DNA of 64,000 bases, taken from Octopus bimaculoides. Its lineage: Eukaryota. Both the position numbers and the translations under genes were made by a program. The DNA is taken from NCBI RefSeq assembly GCF_001194135.2, contig NC_068984.1, positions 3,583,274-3,647,273 of the forward strand, read 5' to 3'. Below, in pieces: positions 11,762 through 26,055 of the stretch (within the stretch, counting starts at the first letter, position 1; each line of letters opens with the position of its first letter). Under the pieces are notes generated by a model. That model had not been told where the DNA came from and did not search any database. It saw only the letters and a list, made by a program, of their open reading frames with translations.

Positions 11762-14700
11762 TTTCGTTTGGGGCTAGGGTTAGCATGTCAAAAGCTACTG
11801 AAGAGGTTGCAAAAAGCAACAAATATCCTAGAAAAAATAAGTAAATGAGTGGAAATCAAACTGCATTAAAACAGAATGACTCTCCACCAGACACAAATAT
11901 ATATATACATATATAGAGAGAGAGGTGCAGGCGTGGTTGTGTGGTAAAAAGCTTACTTCCAAACCACATAATTTTGGGTTCAATTTCACAACAAAGCACT
12001 TTGGACAAGTGTTAAATATAGTCCCAGGCTGAGTGGATATGGTTGATGGAAACTGAAAGAAGCCTGTCATATATGTATGTTAGTTATTGTTACCTTCTTT
12101 CCTTGATAGCACATGATATCTCGTCATGGGGGAAGATATTATTTTGTTTGCAAACAGGTAAGGGTTGGTGACAGGAAAGGCATTTATCAGTAGAGAATTC
12201 TGCCTGATCCATTTTAGCATGAAACAGTGGATGTTAAACCAATGAGGATGATAGCATACATATACATAGGTGCACGCTGATACACACACAGATCTGCTCC
12301 TCTGCTAGTGGCCTGTAAAAAACACTATTCGAGCGTGGTCGTTGCCAGTGCCGTCAGACTGGCTCCTGTGCAGGTGGCATGTAAAAAGCACCATTTGAGC
12401 ATGACCGATGCCAATACCACCTGACTGGCCCTCGTGTCAGTGGCACGTAAAAGCACTTCTGCACTCTCGGAGTGGTTGGCGTTAGGAAGGGCATCCATCT
12501 GTAGAAACTTTGCCAGATCAGATTGGAGCCTGGTGCAGCCTTCTGGCTCACCAGCCCTCAGTCAAACCATCCAACCCATGCTAGCATGCAAAGTGGACAT
12601 TAAACAACGACAATGATATATACAAACATATGTATACACACACAAATATATTCATATATATATATATATATATANNNNNNNNNNNNNNNNNNNNNNNNNN
12701 NNNNNNNNNNNNNNNNNNNNNNNNNNTATATATACATATACACACATACACGCACACAAAAATATATACATACATATATATGTATATACACACAAAAATA
12801 TTCATACATATATACACACACACACACACACAAATATATACATGCATATACACACATACACATATGAATGTATACATGCATATATACACACACAAGTAAA
12901 TACATACACACAGAAATTAATTTATATATATATACATACATACATATACACAAATATACATATGTACATACATACATGCACACACACACACACACACACA
13001 TGTATATACAAACACTTCTGGCCACACATATTTAGGTGTGCATGTGTATGTACACACACACATGCACACGCACGTGTGTGTGAAAGAAAAGAGATCAGGA
13101 GTAACAAAGAGGGAAAAGAAGGGAAAGTGAGAGCAGTAAGGGGTGGGGGTGTGGGGAGATGAAGTTCAGTTTGTGGGAAGAGAAAGAGAGAGAGAGAGAG
13201 AGAGATGTAGAGAAATGATTTCACCAACCATCAGAAAAACATGAAATTGACCTGGTAATAGAACCGGATGCCCAACACTGGTGGACATCCTGTCATACGT
13301 TTCTATATTGTAGATTATGTCTCATAGCAACAGTGCATAACAATTAGGTTAGCATTATCTATAGTTGCACCACCACCACCGCTACATAGGTCAGAAATTT
13401 CCCACTAAACATATTGCGGCAGCCATTCACACTTTTTTTTGCTCTTGTTGTCAAAACATTCTCACATTTAACCAAAAAAATTTTTTACTTGGATTCTATT
13501 CTACAAGTATTTATTTTGTTAAAGAGAACTCGTTAAACTAAACTACCTCCTACCATTTGATGCTAATTGATTTCTAATGAAGACACATTTACAGTGTGGA
13601 GGTAATTAGTGCAACAGCCATTTGTCTCCCGATGATGTTTTGTGGCTTAACTGATGTGAACTGGCCTGAATGGGAAGGTGTGGAGAAATCAAAACAGTGC
13701 TAACTTGCCTTCTCCTGTAACTTGAAACAATTTCTTGGTAAAATTTATTTTTCAAGTTAATTTAAAGAATGATTTTAAAATTTATTTTCTCAGCAAAACA
13801 CCCTCACCACCCAGTATCTCTCTAACTGCAGCTCTTCCTTCATAACATTTATTTTTCTGACACCCCAGAACCATTTCACTTGTTATCTATCCTTCGTCTA
13901 TTCATACTGTTCTCTCCACTCACACTTTACATTGATCACTCTTCCCCCACTATGCCACCAGACTATCTCTCCCTCCCCCCTCCACCATATATATCTTTTA
14001 CTCTCTTCATGTGCTATGCTTGCCACCTTGCCCATACATTCCAGCAACTTGCCCAACCACATATCATATCTCTCTCTCTCTCTTATCCCTAACCTTTTGC
14101 CTGACTGCATCATTGTTACTATTCTGCATATCTTTTCATGCTCTGTCAGTCATCCCCTACCCCAACCCTCCCTTACTTCCAGTCATACCACAAAATTCAC
14201 AATCTGGAGACTTCAGCAGATGAGAAACTTGCACCCAATATAGTCTGGAGTTTTCTTATAAGAAATGAAGCACCAGAAGACGACAACAAACCCAGTTGTC
14301 AAAACCAACATTCCTTTCCAAAATGACTTGTCCTCACTGTGCCACAAGGAATTGCAACAAAAATAAAAAGAACAAACTAGGTTGTGAGTGTATATTTTCT
14401 AAGTCTCCTAAGTCTGTTAGTAGACTAAATTACTGATCAAAGGTGATAAATCATGAAAATATTGTATAAAGTTACTGTAGTAATGTTGTTTTTGTCCAAC
14501 ATAAGAATTAATTCTAAATAAACTACTGACAAAGGTCAATTTGATAAAAGTAAACCAGTTTACTAAAAAGTGAAAAGTTTCACAAAATAAAGTTACCTAA
14601 ATTCAGAAAGTAGCATCAGGTAAAAGATAGGAGGAAGATATTCACAAACTGAAGACAAAAATAGTTAATTATAGAGCAACATTAATTAAAATGTCAGACA

Positions 14701-17136
14701 GTTTACAGGGAATCTGACTGGTTGGAAGATGTGGCCGAACAACTGTGCTGCTGCAGTATTTTAAATGAAAACTAATTAAAAAGGAAATGTTGATGTTAAA
14801 AACAATTAGTTAATTTAACCTCAATAGCAAACACAGAATGGGGAATCTGCGACAAAGTCATTTCAAAATTGTTAAAAACATTAAAACCTTTCATTAAACC
14901 TTCCAGCCATACCGATGTTACACAATTGACTATGTTGGTGTTGCTTGGTGCTAATAATTTATTTTACTTATAAGAAATTGGGGAAAGAAAAAAACAGGGA
15001 GAATTTCTAATATTTCCAGTGAGAGGAATCAAAAATAATAATTAAAAAAATCACAATATTTTAAGAGATTGGTTCTAGGAAGAATATTTCCTCAAATTAA
15101 AACAGAGGTATAAATCTCAATGCATTAACTGTTTGTTAATCAATAGTAGAAAGGTATTGTATTTTCACTAGAGTAATCATAGTGTATTGTGAGTGTTTAA
15201 TAACCAATAGATTGACTTCTCAATTGTGAGGAGAATATGTTGAAAAGATTCAAGATGTTTGGTTAATCTTAGAACATGTAGTGTTGGCTTCTGTCTACAA
15301 TAAAGGGATGAGAAAAATCTACAAACTGAAAACATATTTAGCAATAATATACACCAATGCATATCTTTTATCTTTTACTTGTTCCAGCCATTTGCCTGTG
15401 ACCAGTTTGGGGCAGTCAAACCAGCCCTAACACTTTTTCTTAAAGTCTGGTACTTACTTTATTGGTTGTTTTTGCTGAACCACTAAGTCACAGGGATGTA
15501 AACACACCGACATTGGTTATCAAGCAGTGGGCGGGATACAGACACAAAGATACACACACACATATATACGATAGGCTTCTTTCAGTTTCTGTCTACCAAA
15601 TCCATTCACAAGGCTTTGGTTGGGACTGAACCTGGAACCATGTAGTTGGGAAGCAAGCTTCTTACCACACAGCCATGTGCCTATATATATATTCTTTAAT
15701 TCTTTTACTTGTTTCAGTCATTCGACTGTTGCCATGCTGGAGCACTGCCTTTAGTCAAACAAATCAACCCCAGGACTTATTCTTTGTAAGCTTAGTACTT
15801 ATTCTATCAGTCTCTTTTGCCAAACCACTAATTTACGGTGACATGAATACACTGACATTGGTTATCAAGTGATGACGGGGAGACAAACACAGACACACAA
15901 ATACATACACCCACCCACACACACACACACACATGACAGGCTTCTTTCAGTTTCCATCTGCCAAATCCAGTTTTGGTTGGCCTGAGGTTATAGTAGAAGA
16001 CACTTGCCCAAGGTGCCATACAGTGGGACTGAACCCGGAACCAAGAGACCGATAGAATAAGTACTAAGCTTACAAAGAATAAGTCCTGGGGTTGGTTTGT
16101 TCGACTAAAGGCAGTGCTCCAGCATGGCCACAGTCAAATGACTGAAACAAGTAAAAGAATTAAAGAATACAAGAAATATATATTTGTGTTTGTCTGTGTA
16201 TTTCCCCACCACCATCACTTACAACTGGTGTTGGTTTGTTTATATTCCTGTAACTTAGCAGTTAGGCAAAAGAGACCAATAGAACAAGCACCAAACAATG
16301 AAAAAAAAAAATGACTACTAAGGCCAATGTGACTGAATCTTTTAAAGCAGTGCTCCAGTATGGCCAGAATCCAATGACTGAAACAAATAAATGATAAAAG
16401 ATCTCAACAACTATATAAGATGAGCAGTTTTCCCCAACTTTATGTCCTTAATGGCCATTTTGATCCTATGAGTATCGACCCCAATAGCTGGTCTCTCAGT
16501 TGGGCAAACTTTGGGGAAATCATCTTCCACAGATTATCCACATTCAACAACCTATCATAGTGACACCTACAGGCCTCTTTCTTATCATTCTTTGCCAGTT
16601 TGAGCAAGTGCACCACTATCATTTTGGATGCACCTTTTCCCAACATTTTGATTCCCCCTGAAATATTATTTTGCAATTTGGAACACCTCACACCTTTGAT
16701 CTCCTTGGTGGTGCACAACACAAGCAAATCTCCATTTTGCTGCTCTCTGTACTATATTCACATAAATTCTCTCTCTACACACACAGAATGTATATTAAAC
16801 ATGAATTTGTAAAAAGTCTGCAATAAACTGTAAAATGTTTCAAGTAGAATGCAATAGAAGAGAAACCTCACAAACAATTTCCAAGTCAAACGACATAAAA
16901 ATAATTTGAAAATCCAATCAACAAGATTGTAATTAGAAGGACATTTCTCGGTCCACATCAAAAGTATTTTTGTTGATCTACAGCAATAAAATCTAACATT
17001 ATATACAATTCCAGGCAATAACCACCAACTTTGGTTTATTGTGTGTTAACCTTTATTTAAAAAAAAAACAAAGAAAAAATAGTTTGTTGTTTTACTTGAA
17101 CTTTTACAAATGTTTTCTATTTCTGCCAATGTAGTG

Positions 17137-17177
<41 letters not shown>

Positions 17178-17193
17178 ATATTCAGACACACAC

Positions 17194-17244
<51 letters not shown>

Positions 17245-17304
17245 AGGGTGTATACTTAAATAATATGTGTATGCATATAAACACTGAATACCATAACCAC
17301 TGAG

Positions 17305-17336
<32 letters not shown>

Positions 17337-18999
17337 GACAAAGCAAAAACAAGCTTTGACCACAAGACATACAAATGTGCCTAAAGATTTACAATTAAAA
17401 CCAAAAAAACAAGCTCTCCACTGAAATAAACAAACAAAATCTTTAATTAATTTAACAAACAATTCAATAAGCCTTACCAAACTCTCCACTCCTTGACCAA
17501 AACAAAGTCCCAAACACATAAGCAAAAGCCATTCAACCATGAAACACTACTTACAAATCAGACACTCCTAAATTCCTCTAAAACAAATATGTCCTTAATT
17601 AGTTTTACAGATAAATTCACACACAAACAAATAAGTCATTAAAATTCCCTAACTTTGGCCAAAACAATATTCTCACCAACAAAATAATCCTAGCATGACA
17701 GCAATATTCACAAACACAATACAATAACAAAACAAAAAAACAGTCTTTTATGTTCTTTCTCATTTGTTTGACACAATTTATTGTTTGTGTATTTAATGGA
17801 CTCTCCTATTATGTATATATATATATAATGGATTCTCAATCATCATCATCATTTAACATTTGTTTTCCATATTGACATGGTTGGATGGTTCAACAGGAGT
17901 TGGCAAGGCTGGAAGCCATACTAGGCTCTAGGCTCCACAGTCTTTTTGGAGATCTAGTTTTTTTCAGTCGCAAAATATGCATTTTTTAAAAGACAATAAA
18001 AAATCTGAAAATCAGCTATAATGATGCAGCCTTCCAGTTTCATTGCTTTGAAGGTTTGGTGTTGTGGAGAAAAAAAATTGGAGGTAAAAGTTTGTATATT
18101 TTTAGCCAATAGCGAAACAGAAATTTTCTGCATTTAGTGGAGCGGTGTCAACTTTAAGGGTGTACCCTGTGAAATTTAGAGTTTAACATCTGACCTGTTC
18201 ATTGTAGGTTTCTAAATAAACAGAAATACCTAATAAAATCCACATGTATCGTCTTACTATTTCTTTTATCTCTTCATTGATTGTATGGTTTTATTATTTT
18301 TAAAAATTTGTTATATTAATATATTTGTCTGCATGTGTTTACTTTATACATATTTCAGTATTATATATACCTGTCATGTATTTGTGTACATCATTAATAT
18401 ATAAGTGCATGTGGATGTATGTATTTATATATAAGTTTATATGTACATTTACGCATTCATGTGTGTCTGTGTGTGACGGGGGGCATGTCTCCAAAACTCC
18501 AAAAGTTAAGCAACATTTTCATGCATGGATTTGTAAGCTACGATAAGAATAACACTGGTCAACAAAGAATTTGTCCCAAGGAAAAGAATACCTGGATCTT
18601 ATATGCTTTTGCATGCAGAATTCAAAAATAACGTCAAATTATCTGTATCACCCACAGTTTCTCTGTTCCACGATATCCCTCACAGTTCCTGTTACGTGGG
18701 CTAAATTCCAGTTAAGCTAATGCGTTAAGCAATACTCCTAATTTAAATTTTTATGATCAGAATTAACCTAGTGAAATCATAAATCCAGCAATCTGAGTCA
18801 ATGAGTCCCAAAAATATATGAAATGAAAAATATGTAAAAATACTAACACTGTGCGTGTGTATACAGTCCCACCCATGCCAGCATGGAAAACAGAACAAGT
18901 AAACATAAGTTGTTTTCCAATTTTTTTCACGTTGATTGCGTTTTTCATGTTATTTGCACCATTGGTGATGTCCTATACCCATATATGCTTGTGTGCGTA

Positions 19000-19032
<33 letters not shown>

Positions 19033-19171
19033 GATCACCATCATCATCATCAACGTTTAACGTCCGCTTTCCATGCTAGCATGGGTTGGACGATTTGACT
19101 GAGGACTGGTGCAACCAGATGGCTACACCAGGCTATATATATTAATTAAACACGACACATCCATTTCCAAG

Positions 19172-19221
<50 letters not shown>

Positions 19222-19461
19222 GAGATTATATACACATATTGATATATATGCATACCTGTATATATGCATGTGCACACTCACACACATGCTGAAGATGATG
19301 ATGTGGGGGAGTAGAGTGCACACACACCCACACACATTTGTTATATATATAAATATACTGATGCATACATAAATTCTGAAATATCTGTATATATATTTGC
19401 ATGTGCGTGTATAATTAGCAAAATATGAGTGAAACAGCAGAAAAAGGAGAACAATACTTAC

Positions 19462-19539
19462 AATATCTGATTTATCTACTTGAGGTTTCATGTGTAAGTG
19501 CTGCATCATTGCTTGCAGAAGATCTTTTTCCCGTATAAG
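19462..19539 (-). CDS. FoxP: FoxP exon F (78 nt, phase 0/0): LIREKDLLQAMMQHLHMKPQVDKSDI, second half of leucine zipper
   Basis: Acceptor catcactgcaaatag|CTT and donor ATT|gtaagt. Matches FoxP L.KERERLQAMM.HLHM. Confidence 0.96.
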
Positions 19540-22500
19540 CTATTTGCAGTGATGAGCAATGAAAATGAACAAAGGAAAGAAAAGTAGAAAAGTTGAAAGA
19601 AAGAAATAGAATAAATTACAAGAGAATATAAATTTAGTTCCATATTCATCATGTTAAGAAGACAGCTTTCTTGTCTATCATCGTTTTATCTTATTTAAAG
19701 TATCACTACTTTTGAAAGATATTTATTTAATCTTAAAATTCAATTCTCAGTTCTGGTATGAATTAGATTGTTGCGAAAAATGTAAGAATTAGCATTAAAT
19801 GTTGTAACAGTGATTTTTCTTTTTATTATTTTTTTTTTTTGCAGTTGAATATTCTACCAAATATTTATTATTCTATAAATAATTGAAGTTTCCAAGAAAT
19901 TGCAATAAATAGATTTTTATCTGAAGGTAACAGTGATAATTCAAAATAATTGTTTATTAATTAACTCATAACAATTAAATGTCATGCAGATATTACAAAT
20001 GGTTTTGTGCAAGCCAAAAGAAACTGAACTTGGTAAACGTTTGACTTCTACTAAAGCGAAGGCGTCCCTCATCAGGTGAAGAAATACAAGACCACTTCTA
20101 AACAGTGGTAAACAACTAGTTTACATTTGCAATAGTCAACTTTCTTACCCAGGACAAAGCACAACTAACACAATCACAATTAATGTTTATATTCAACAGT
20201 TTTAATGCTTTTTCATTAACAAATTTACATTAGCTTTGACACTGTAACGAGGTTTCAATGTAACGTGTAGAATTTCATGTTGAGGAACTGGATATTTCAT
20301 AGTTTAGAAGTTAGGTTCTGAAACCAGGCTTTACAATGGATTTGACCTGACACCAAAAAACACTAAATCATAATAAAAAACATGACATTAAAGTCGAATT
20401 TTTATAAAGTCACATAGGGGTGGGCTACCAAGACAAATAGGGGTGGACTGCAAAGTCCCATAGGGTTGGACTACAAAATAACAGAGTTGGGTTATAAAAT
20501 CACAGAGCCATTAATTTTAAGTCTGCTCCAGATATTGTGTTGTGCTCTCAGTAAAATATATTATGAGGCTTGGTGACAATGTTAAACTTTCATATTTATG
20601 TAACTAGCAGTAACCAGAGACTCCAACTGTAAAACCACTTGCAATTTACCATAAAAAACACTCTATGAACACAAATAATAATGAATATAAAATAGCAAAA
20701 TAGGGTATTTAAAAAATAGAAAATAGAAGTAAATGCATCTTATTTGACTTCTAGGGCAAAAAAAATTGTGCAATTTTCTGTGAAATAGTTAAAAGAATTG
20801 TACATATCCTCGTTAACATTAACAATTAAAAAAATGATAAATGAAACAATTTCTGAAGCTACTTCTCAAAGAATAGAGAAGCCAAGGTATTTAATGGCAG
20901 AGGAAAACAATGATTTGGAGTTTATCTGATAATGGGGTTTAGAAAGAGAATCAATGATGACAATTAATTAAAAGATCAACATTGAATAATTAACAATTTA
21001 TTATAAATTTCAAGGTCTTACTTTTGAAGTTACTGATTGTGATTAAACATTTTCTGTGGTTTGGTTAATTTAACAAGATATAATATTGTTGATTGTGCTT
21101 ATGAAATTTCTAATTAAGACAATCAGCGATAGTAAAACAATACCAGTATTAACATGTTGTAGAATGTCCTATTTTTTTGGAACTGAATCTATCAAAACCA
21201 TAGAGAAGCAAACCAGCCAAACATAAAAGCCAAGCATTTTGGCAAAAGATTTCAAATTGGAATTTCTCAAAGTAAACCTAACAAGAATGAAAACTTTAGT
21301 TAGCAAGAAAGAAGGCAGGACTTTATTACCATCAGGTAAGTGGTCATGCACAATAATCAGAAAAAATTTGGCATGAAACGACAGTGTGTGCTGAATGTAA
21401 AAAAGTTGTTGTGAGATCTGGCTGACAGACAAAGACTTCATCTGTAGCAGATACACAAGATTTATTAGCAATAAAAACAATTTTTTCAATTATTTCAAAT
21501 TTCCACAAAGCTGCTTAAATGTAGTTAACATTAGGTTACCTAAGGAACCTGAATAGTAGTAGAATAAGTTATTTAAAAAACATATTAGGCAGAGCTTTTA
21601 GCCCAGGTGGCAAGAAAGAGATTCTCTCTTCAAGCAGCGAGATTGTCCAAGGCTCAACCACAAAGAGCAATGTCACTCGGTAGTGGAATATGAGGACAAC
21701 ATGTGAAGGATGGTGATGATTAGAAAGAAATGAAGTAAATATGTTCTGGTGAATGTGTTATGTAAGATAGAACAATGGACTGAGAGAGGAATTATAAACA
21801 GCGTACAAGAGACAGTGTTGGTACAATCATAAAATACAATTAGACGATGAAGTTGAGTAAAGAACAACCAAGTGGAAAGAACCTGTAGAAGCTAGAATGA
21901 CACAAGAAAAGAATTATGGACATTGATCTGAAGCAGTTAAATTTCACAAAGGATGAGACAAATAACCACAACATATGATGAGATAGTGTGCTGGAGGAGA
22001 GAGGTTGAAGCCATCCGAGCATAAAAATATGGACATTAAACTGAGGAAACTGTTGATGTGTCCTGTCTGTTGTATCTATTGACGTGTATGAGAGAGAGAG
22101 AGAGAGAGAGAGAATGTTAAATTTGGAACATGTGTCTGATTAATCAAAACAATCTGCCAAAAGTCTATGTGGAGAGTTTGCTATAATTGTACATAGAATA
22201 ATAATAATTGGGACATGGATGAAGAAAAGCGACAGTTCTAAGTGATAGTGACAATGTATGATGTCAGTGTGGAAGGTCAGATAAAAAGCTGATAGATGGG
22301 GTTACTGACAAAACAACCAGCAGAATCACCAGATGGGCAAAGGAATCACTTGGATTTCAGACTGAGAAAAATTATTTATTTATTTCCAAAAAATTATTTT
22401 TATTGAAAAAATATCAAATGAAAGTCCAATAAAGAATTTATTTACCAACTTATCTCCAAAAGATATCATTAAATATTAGCTGTGCAAATATTTAATAGCT

Positions 22501-22897
22501 CTTCCCAATAATTGCTTGCTGAGACATGTAAAAGATGATACAAAACTATAATCCCACCAATTGTTCAACATTATAATTTACATATTTGGTAAATTTATTC
22601 ATTACAATTTGTTTAAACCTATCCAACAGATAGAATTTCTTCTTCACCTCTCTTATCACTATTTCACCGATTTACCACTGATTCACCACAAAATGCTTCT
22701 TCTCTCTCTACTAAAATCTCATTTAGATTCTAAACCTTTTTGATACCAACTCACCAGACACTGCCCTTAGTTCTATGATACAAAACCATCCTGTTTTAAA
22801 GTGGTCTAAATAAAAAAATCTCCCACGAAAATTTCATATCAGTTTCACCAAAAAAAGTTATTTTACCAAATTCTTAGGCAGTGAATCCCAAGAAAAA

Positions 22898-22926
22898 TAG
22901 GGTTAGGGTTAGGGTTAGGGTTAGGG
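22898..22926 (+). repeat. Short interstitial (TTAGGG)n tract
   Basis: TAGGG(TTAGGG)4 read directly. Confidence 0.95.
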
Positions 22927-23656
22927 TTTAAACATTTCAGAGAATTTATTTTACCTTTGTTATCTTTAACTTGTTTTAGTCATTAGACTGTGGCCATGTT
23001 GGGGCACCACCTTGAAGAAGTCTTTAGTCAAATAAATCGACCCCAGGAATACTTTTTTAAAGCTTGGTACTTATTCTATCAGTCCCTTTTGCCAAACTGT
23101 TAAGTTATGGGCATGTAAACACAGACACAAAAACACACATAAGTCTACATACACATATACACACATATATATATATATTACAGGCTTCTTTCAGTTTTCA
23201 TCAACCAAATACACTCACAAGGCTTTGATCAGCCTGAGGCTATAGTTGAAGACATTTGCCCCAAGGTGCCATGTAGTAGGACTGAACCTGGAACCATGTG
23301 GTTAGGAAGCAAGCTTCTTGTTACACAACTTTTTAATATATTACAATGAACTTCTGTTCACACACACACACACACACACACGTAATGTATATGACAATAT
23401 ATAAAGATACATTTAGTCAAACCTTAGTTTAAAAGCCTAGTCTAGTTGTGTAAACTTGTGCAACTTATGGAATTCTGCTGTGAATTTATTCAGCAAAACT
23501 TTTGAACTGTTTTCATCAAATGACCAAACTGGAACAGATGATTTCTGTCATAATGGAAAAACCTAAAAGCATTACAAGCTGAGTCTGGGTTTGATTAGAA
23601 ACAACCACCAGGTATTAAAGACCAATATGACATTTTGAATGTTTTATATATATATA

Positions 23657-24030
23657 GGTGCAGGAGTGGCTGTGTGGTAAGAAACTTGCCTCACAAACAC
23701 ATGGTTCCAGCTTCAGTCCCATGGTGTGGCACCTTGGGCAAGTGTCTTCTACTATAGCCTCGGGTCAACCAAAGCCTTGTGAGTGGATTTGGTAGACAGA
23801 AACTGAAAGAAGCCCATCATGTATATGTGTGTACGTATTTGTGTGTCTGTGTTTGTCTCCCCACTATCGTTTGACAACCGATGTTGGAGTGTTTATGTCC
23901 CTGTAACTTAGCAGTTCAGCAAAAGACACCAATAGAATAAGTACTAGGCTGGGGTTGATTTCTTTGACTAAAGGTGGTGCTCCAGCATTGCTACAGTCAA
24001 ATGACTGAAACAAGTAAAAGAAATAAAAGA
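23657..24030 (+). mobile_element. tRNA-derived SINE family A, near full length. Other copies: 11924-12068(+), 15365-15682(-), 15700-16043(-), 16044-16170(+), 16200-16400(+), 22965-23325(-), 34105-34250(+), 34560-34770(-), 38465-38785(-)
   Basis: Head GGTGCAGGAGTGGCTGTGTGGTAAG...GGTTCCAGCTTCAGTCCC (A/B-box-like), core CCTTGGGCAAGTGTCTT, tail CAGTCAAATGACTGAAACAAGTAAAAG. Boundaries approximate. Confidence 0.88.
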
Positions 24031-25217
24031 AATATATACACGCACACACACACAAATATCATGTATACAGTACCTAATTATATATGCACAACACAACAAA
24101 ATAATTCAAATAAACAAGTGAAACTAGTGAAATAGAAGATTGTACCCATAGTTTGAGAATAAACAACATTTTTCATAAAAGTCCTTCTTAATCCACACAC
24201 ATATGAACACTAATGGCATGTATGTACACCTACCCACAACTCACACACATAGCCCTCTACTACTATATGTGTTTGTGTGTGACCAATAGCCTTGTATGTG
24301 AGTGTGTGTGCGTACATATGCACATGCTTGTATTGTTCATTTGAATCTCTCTCTCTCTCTCTATCATTTTATCAATCAATCACACACAAATCTTTACTGT
24401 TCCTCTCTACACAGTGACAGATTGTTTTTTTCACACCACACAAATTTACCCTTAGCATTTTAACCTAACAACAGACAGAGTAATATACAGTTGGGCCCCT
24501 GAGCAAGACAGCTGTACTTACAAACTCTAGATCAATTTTACCAGAAAATTTAGTTGAGTGACAAATGACAAACAGACCAACAAGCACAACAAAGAATCAG
24601 ATCATGATGATTGTTACAGATGTTAAAGCACCAAGTACTGAATGTAGTATTTAAGATCTTGTCACAGAAAGTAGTTTCCTGGAACCAAAAAAAGGTGAGA
24701 TTGGAATTGTTTCATCACATTGATGGAACTAAAAGTTTTTCTCCCAGCTTTCTATCATTGTGTTGATGATGGTCCAAATATCCCAGCAATGACTTGGAAA
24801 GACTCACTAATACTTAAAAACAATACCAGCTAATATTGGTTTCAAATTTTAGTACAAGGCCATCAATTTTAGGGGAGAGGGTCAGTCAATTACATCAGAC
24901 CCTTACATCAACCCCAGTGTTTAACCGTTACTTAATTTATTGACCCCAAAAAAGGGAAAAAGGCAAAGTTGACTATGGTGGAATTTGAGATCAGAATGTA
25001 AAGACGAACAAAATTCCACAAAGCATTTTGCCTGACATCGTAATGATTCTGGTTACAGCAAATATTACCATAATTTCTTGCTTCGTGGAGGAAAGCTACA
25101 AACTAAATATGGTATTTGCTAGAATCACTCAAGACATATTGAGCTTTCTATTGTTGAATGACAAAAGATGTTTATAACAATACCTGGCCCAGCACAGCTG
25201 CATAATGATGTTCTTAC

Positions 25218-25305
25218 CTGTATTTCAAGTTGACTAACAACCTGCATTTGTACTCTTGCTTGTGCTGTACTTCTGTCATCTAACTGGTGCTCAGAGTTCA
25301 GATGC
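25218..25305 (-). CDS. FoxP: FoxP exon E (88 nt, phase 2/0): (K)[29 protein letters not shown], end of zinc finger and start of leucine zipper
   Basis: Acceptor ttttgttttttatag|G and donor CAG|gtaaga. Near-identical to the FoxP consensus [29 protein letters not shown]. Confidence 0.98.
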
Positions 25306-26055
25306 CTATAAAAAACAAAAAAAAAAAACATTAACAACTTGAGATGACAACAGGTTTTTTTTTTTATAAAACAGTTATGGAGTAGAATATACAAGGGTAA
25401 TTAATGAATATTTTCATTATGAATAATATTGTGAATTGAATTTATAACCGATTATAATCGGTTATAGCAGCGATTCCATCAATTCCTAGAGATATCTGAG
25501 GAAGGAATTTTATTCTGAAATATTATCAGACTATGGATGGTTAAATTACAAGTATATAGTCCATTATTTGTATTAAAGTGCATTGTTGTACCATTCGAAA
25601 CATTTTATTCTTTACAAGCAATACACAATGCTTCAAGCGAACTACAATACTCTCATTCATCGTGATGGCACCTGTGCCCAGCTTTGCCTTCCTGGCACTT
25701 GTGCAGTGGCACGCTTAAAGACTTTGAGCGAGATCATTGCCAGTGCCACTGGACTGGCTCCTGTGCAGGTGGCACATAAAATACACCATTTTGAGCGTGG
25801 CCGTTGCCAGTACCACCTGACTGGCCTTCGTGCCGGTGGCATGTAAAAGCACCCACTACACTCTCTGAGTGGTTGGAATTAGGAAGGGCATACAGCTGTA
25901 GAAACTCTGCCAAATCAGATTGGAGCCTGGTGTAGCCATCTGGTTCACCAGTCCTTAGTCAAATCGTCCAACCCATGCTAGCATGAAAAGCAGACAATAA
26001 ACGATGATGATGATGATGATGATGATATATATATATATGATGATGATGATATATA

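Noticed and set aside
11197-13227. Many 80-140 aa ORFs (YIYI, THTH, CVCV); also 52036-52776 and similar
   Set aside because: Stop-free frames of dinucleotide microsatellites.
14690-14760. GC-richer patch with NAGNAG-like acceptor as candidate next FoxP exon
   Set aside because: The phase-0 frame stops after 14-15 codons; the open frame is phase 2, has no good donor and shows no FoxP motif.
16440-16727. 95-aa basic ORF, possibly a transposase N-terminus
   Set aside because: Only a vague resemblance; no motif or TIR I can confirm without a search.
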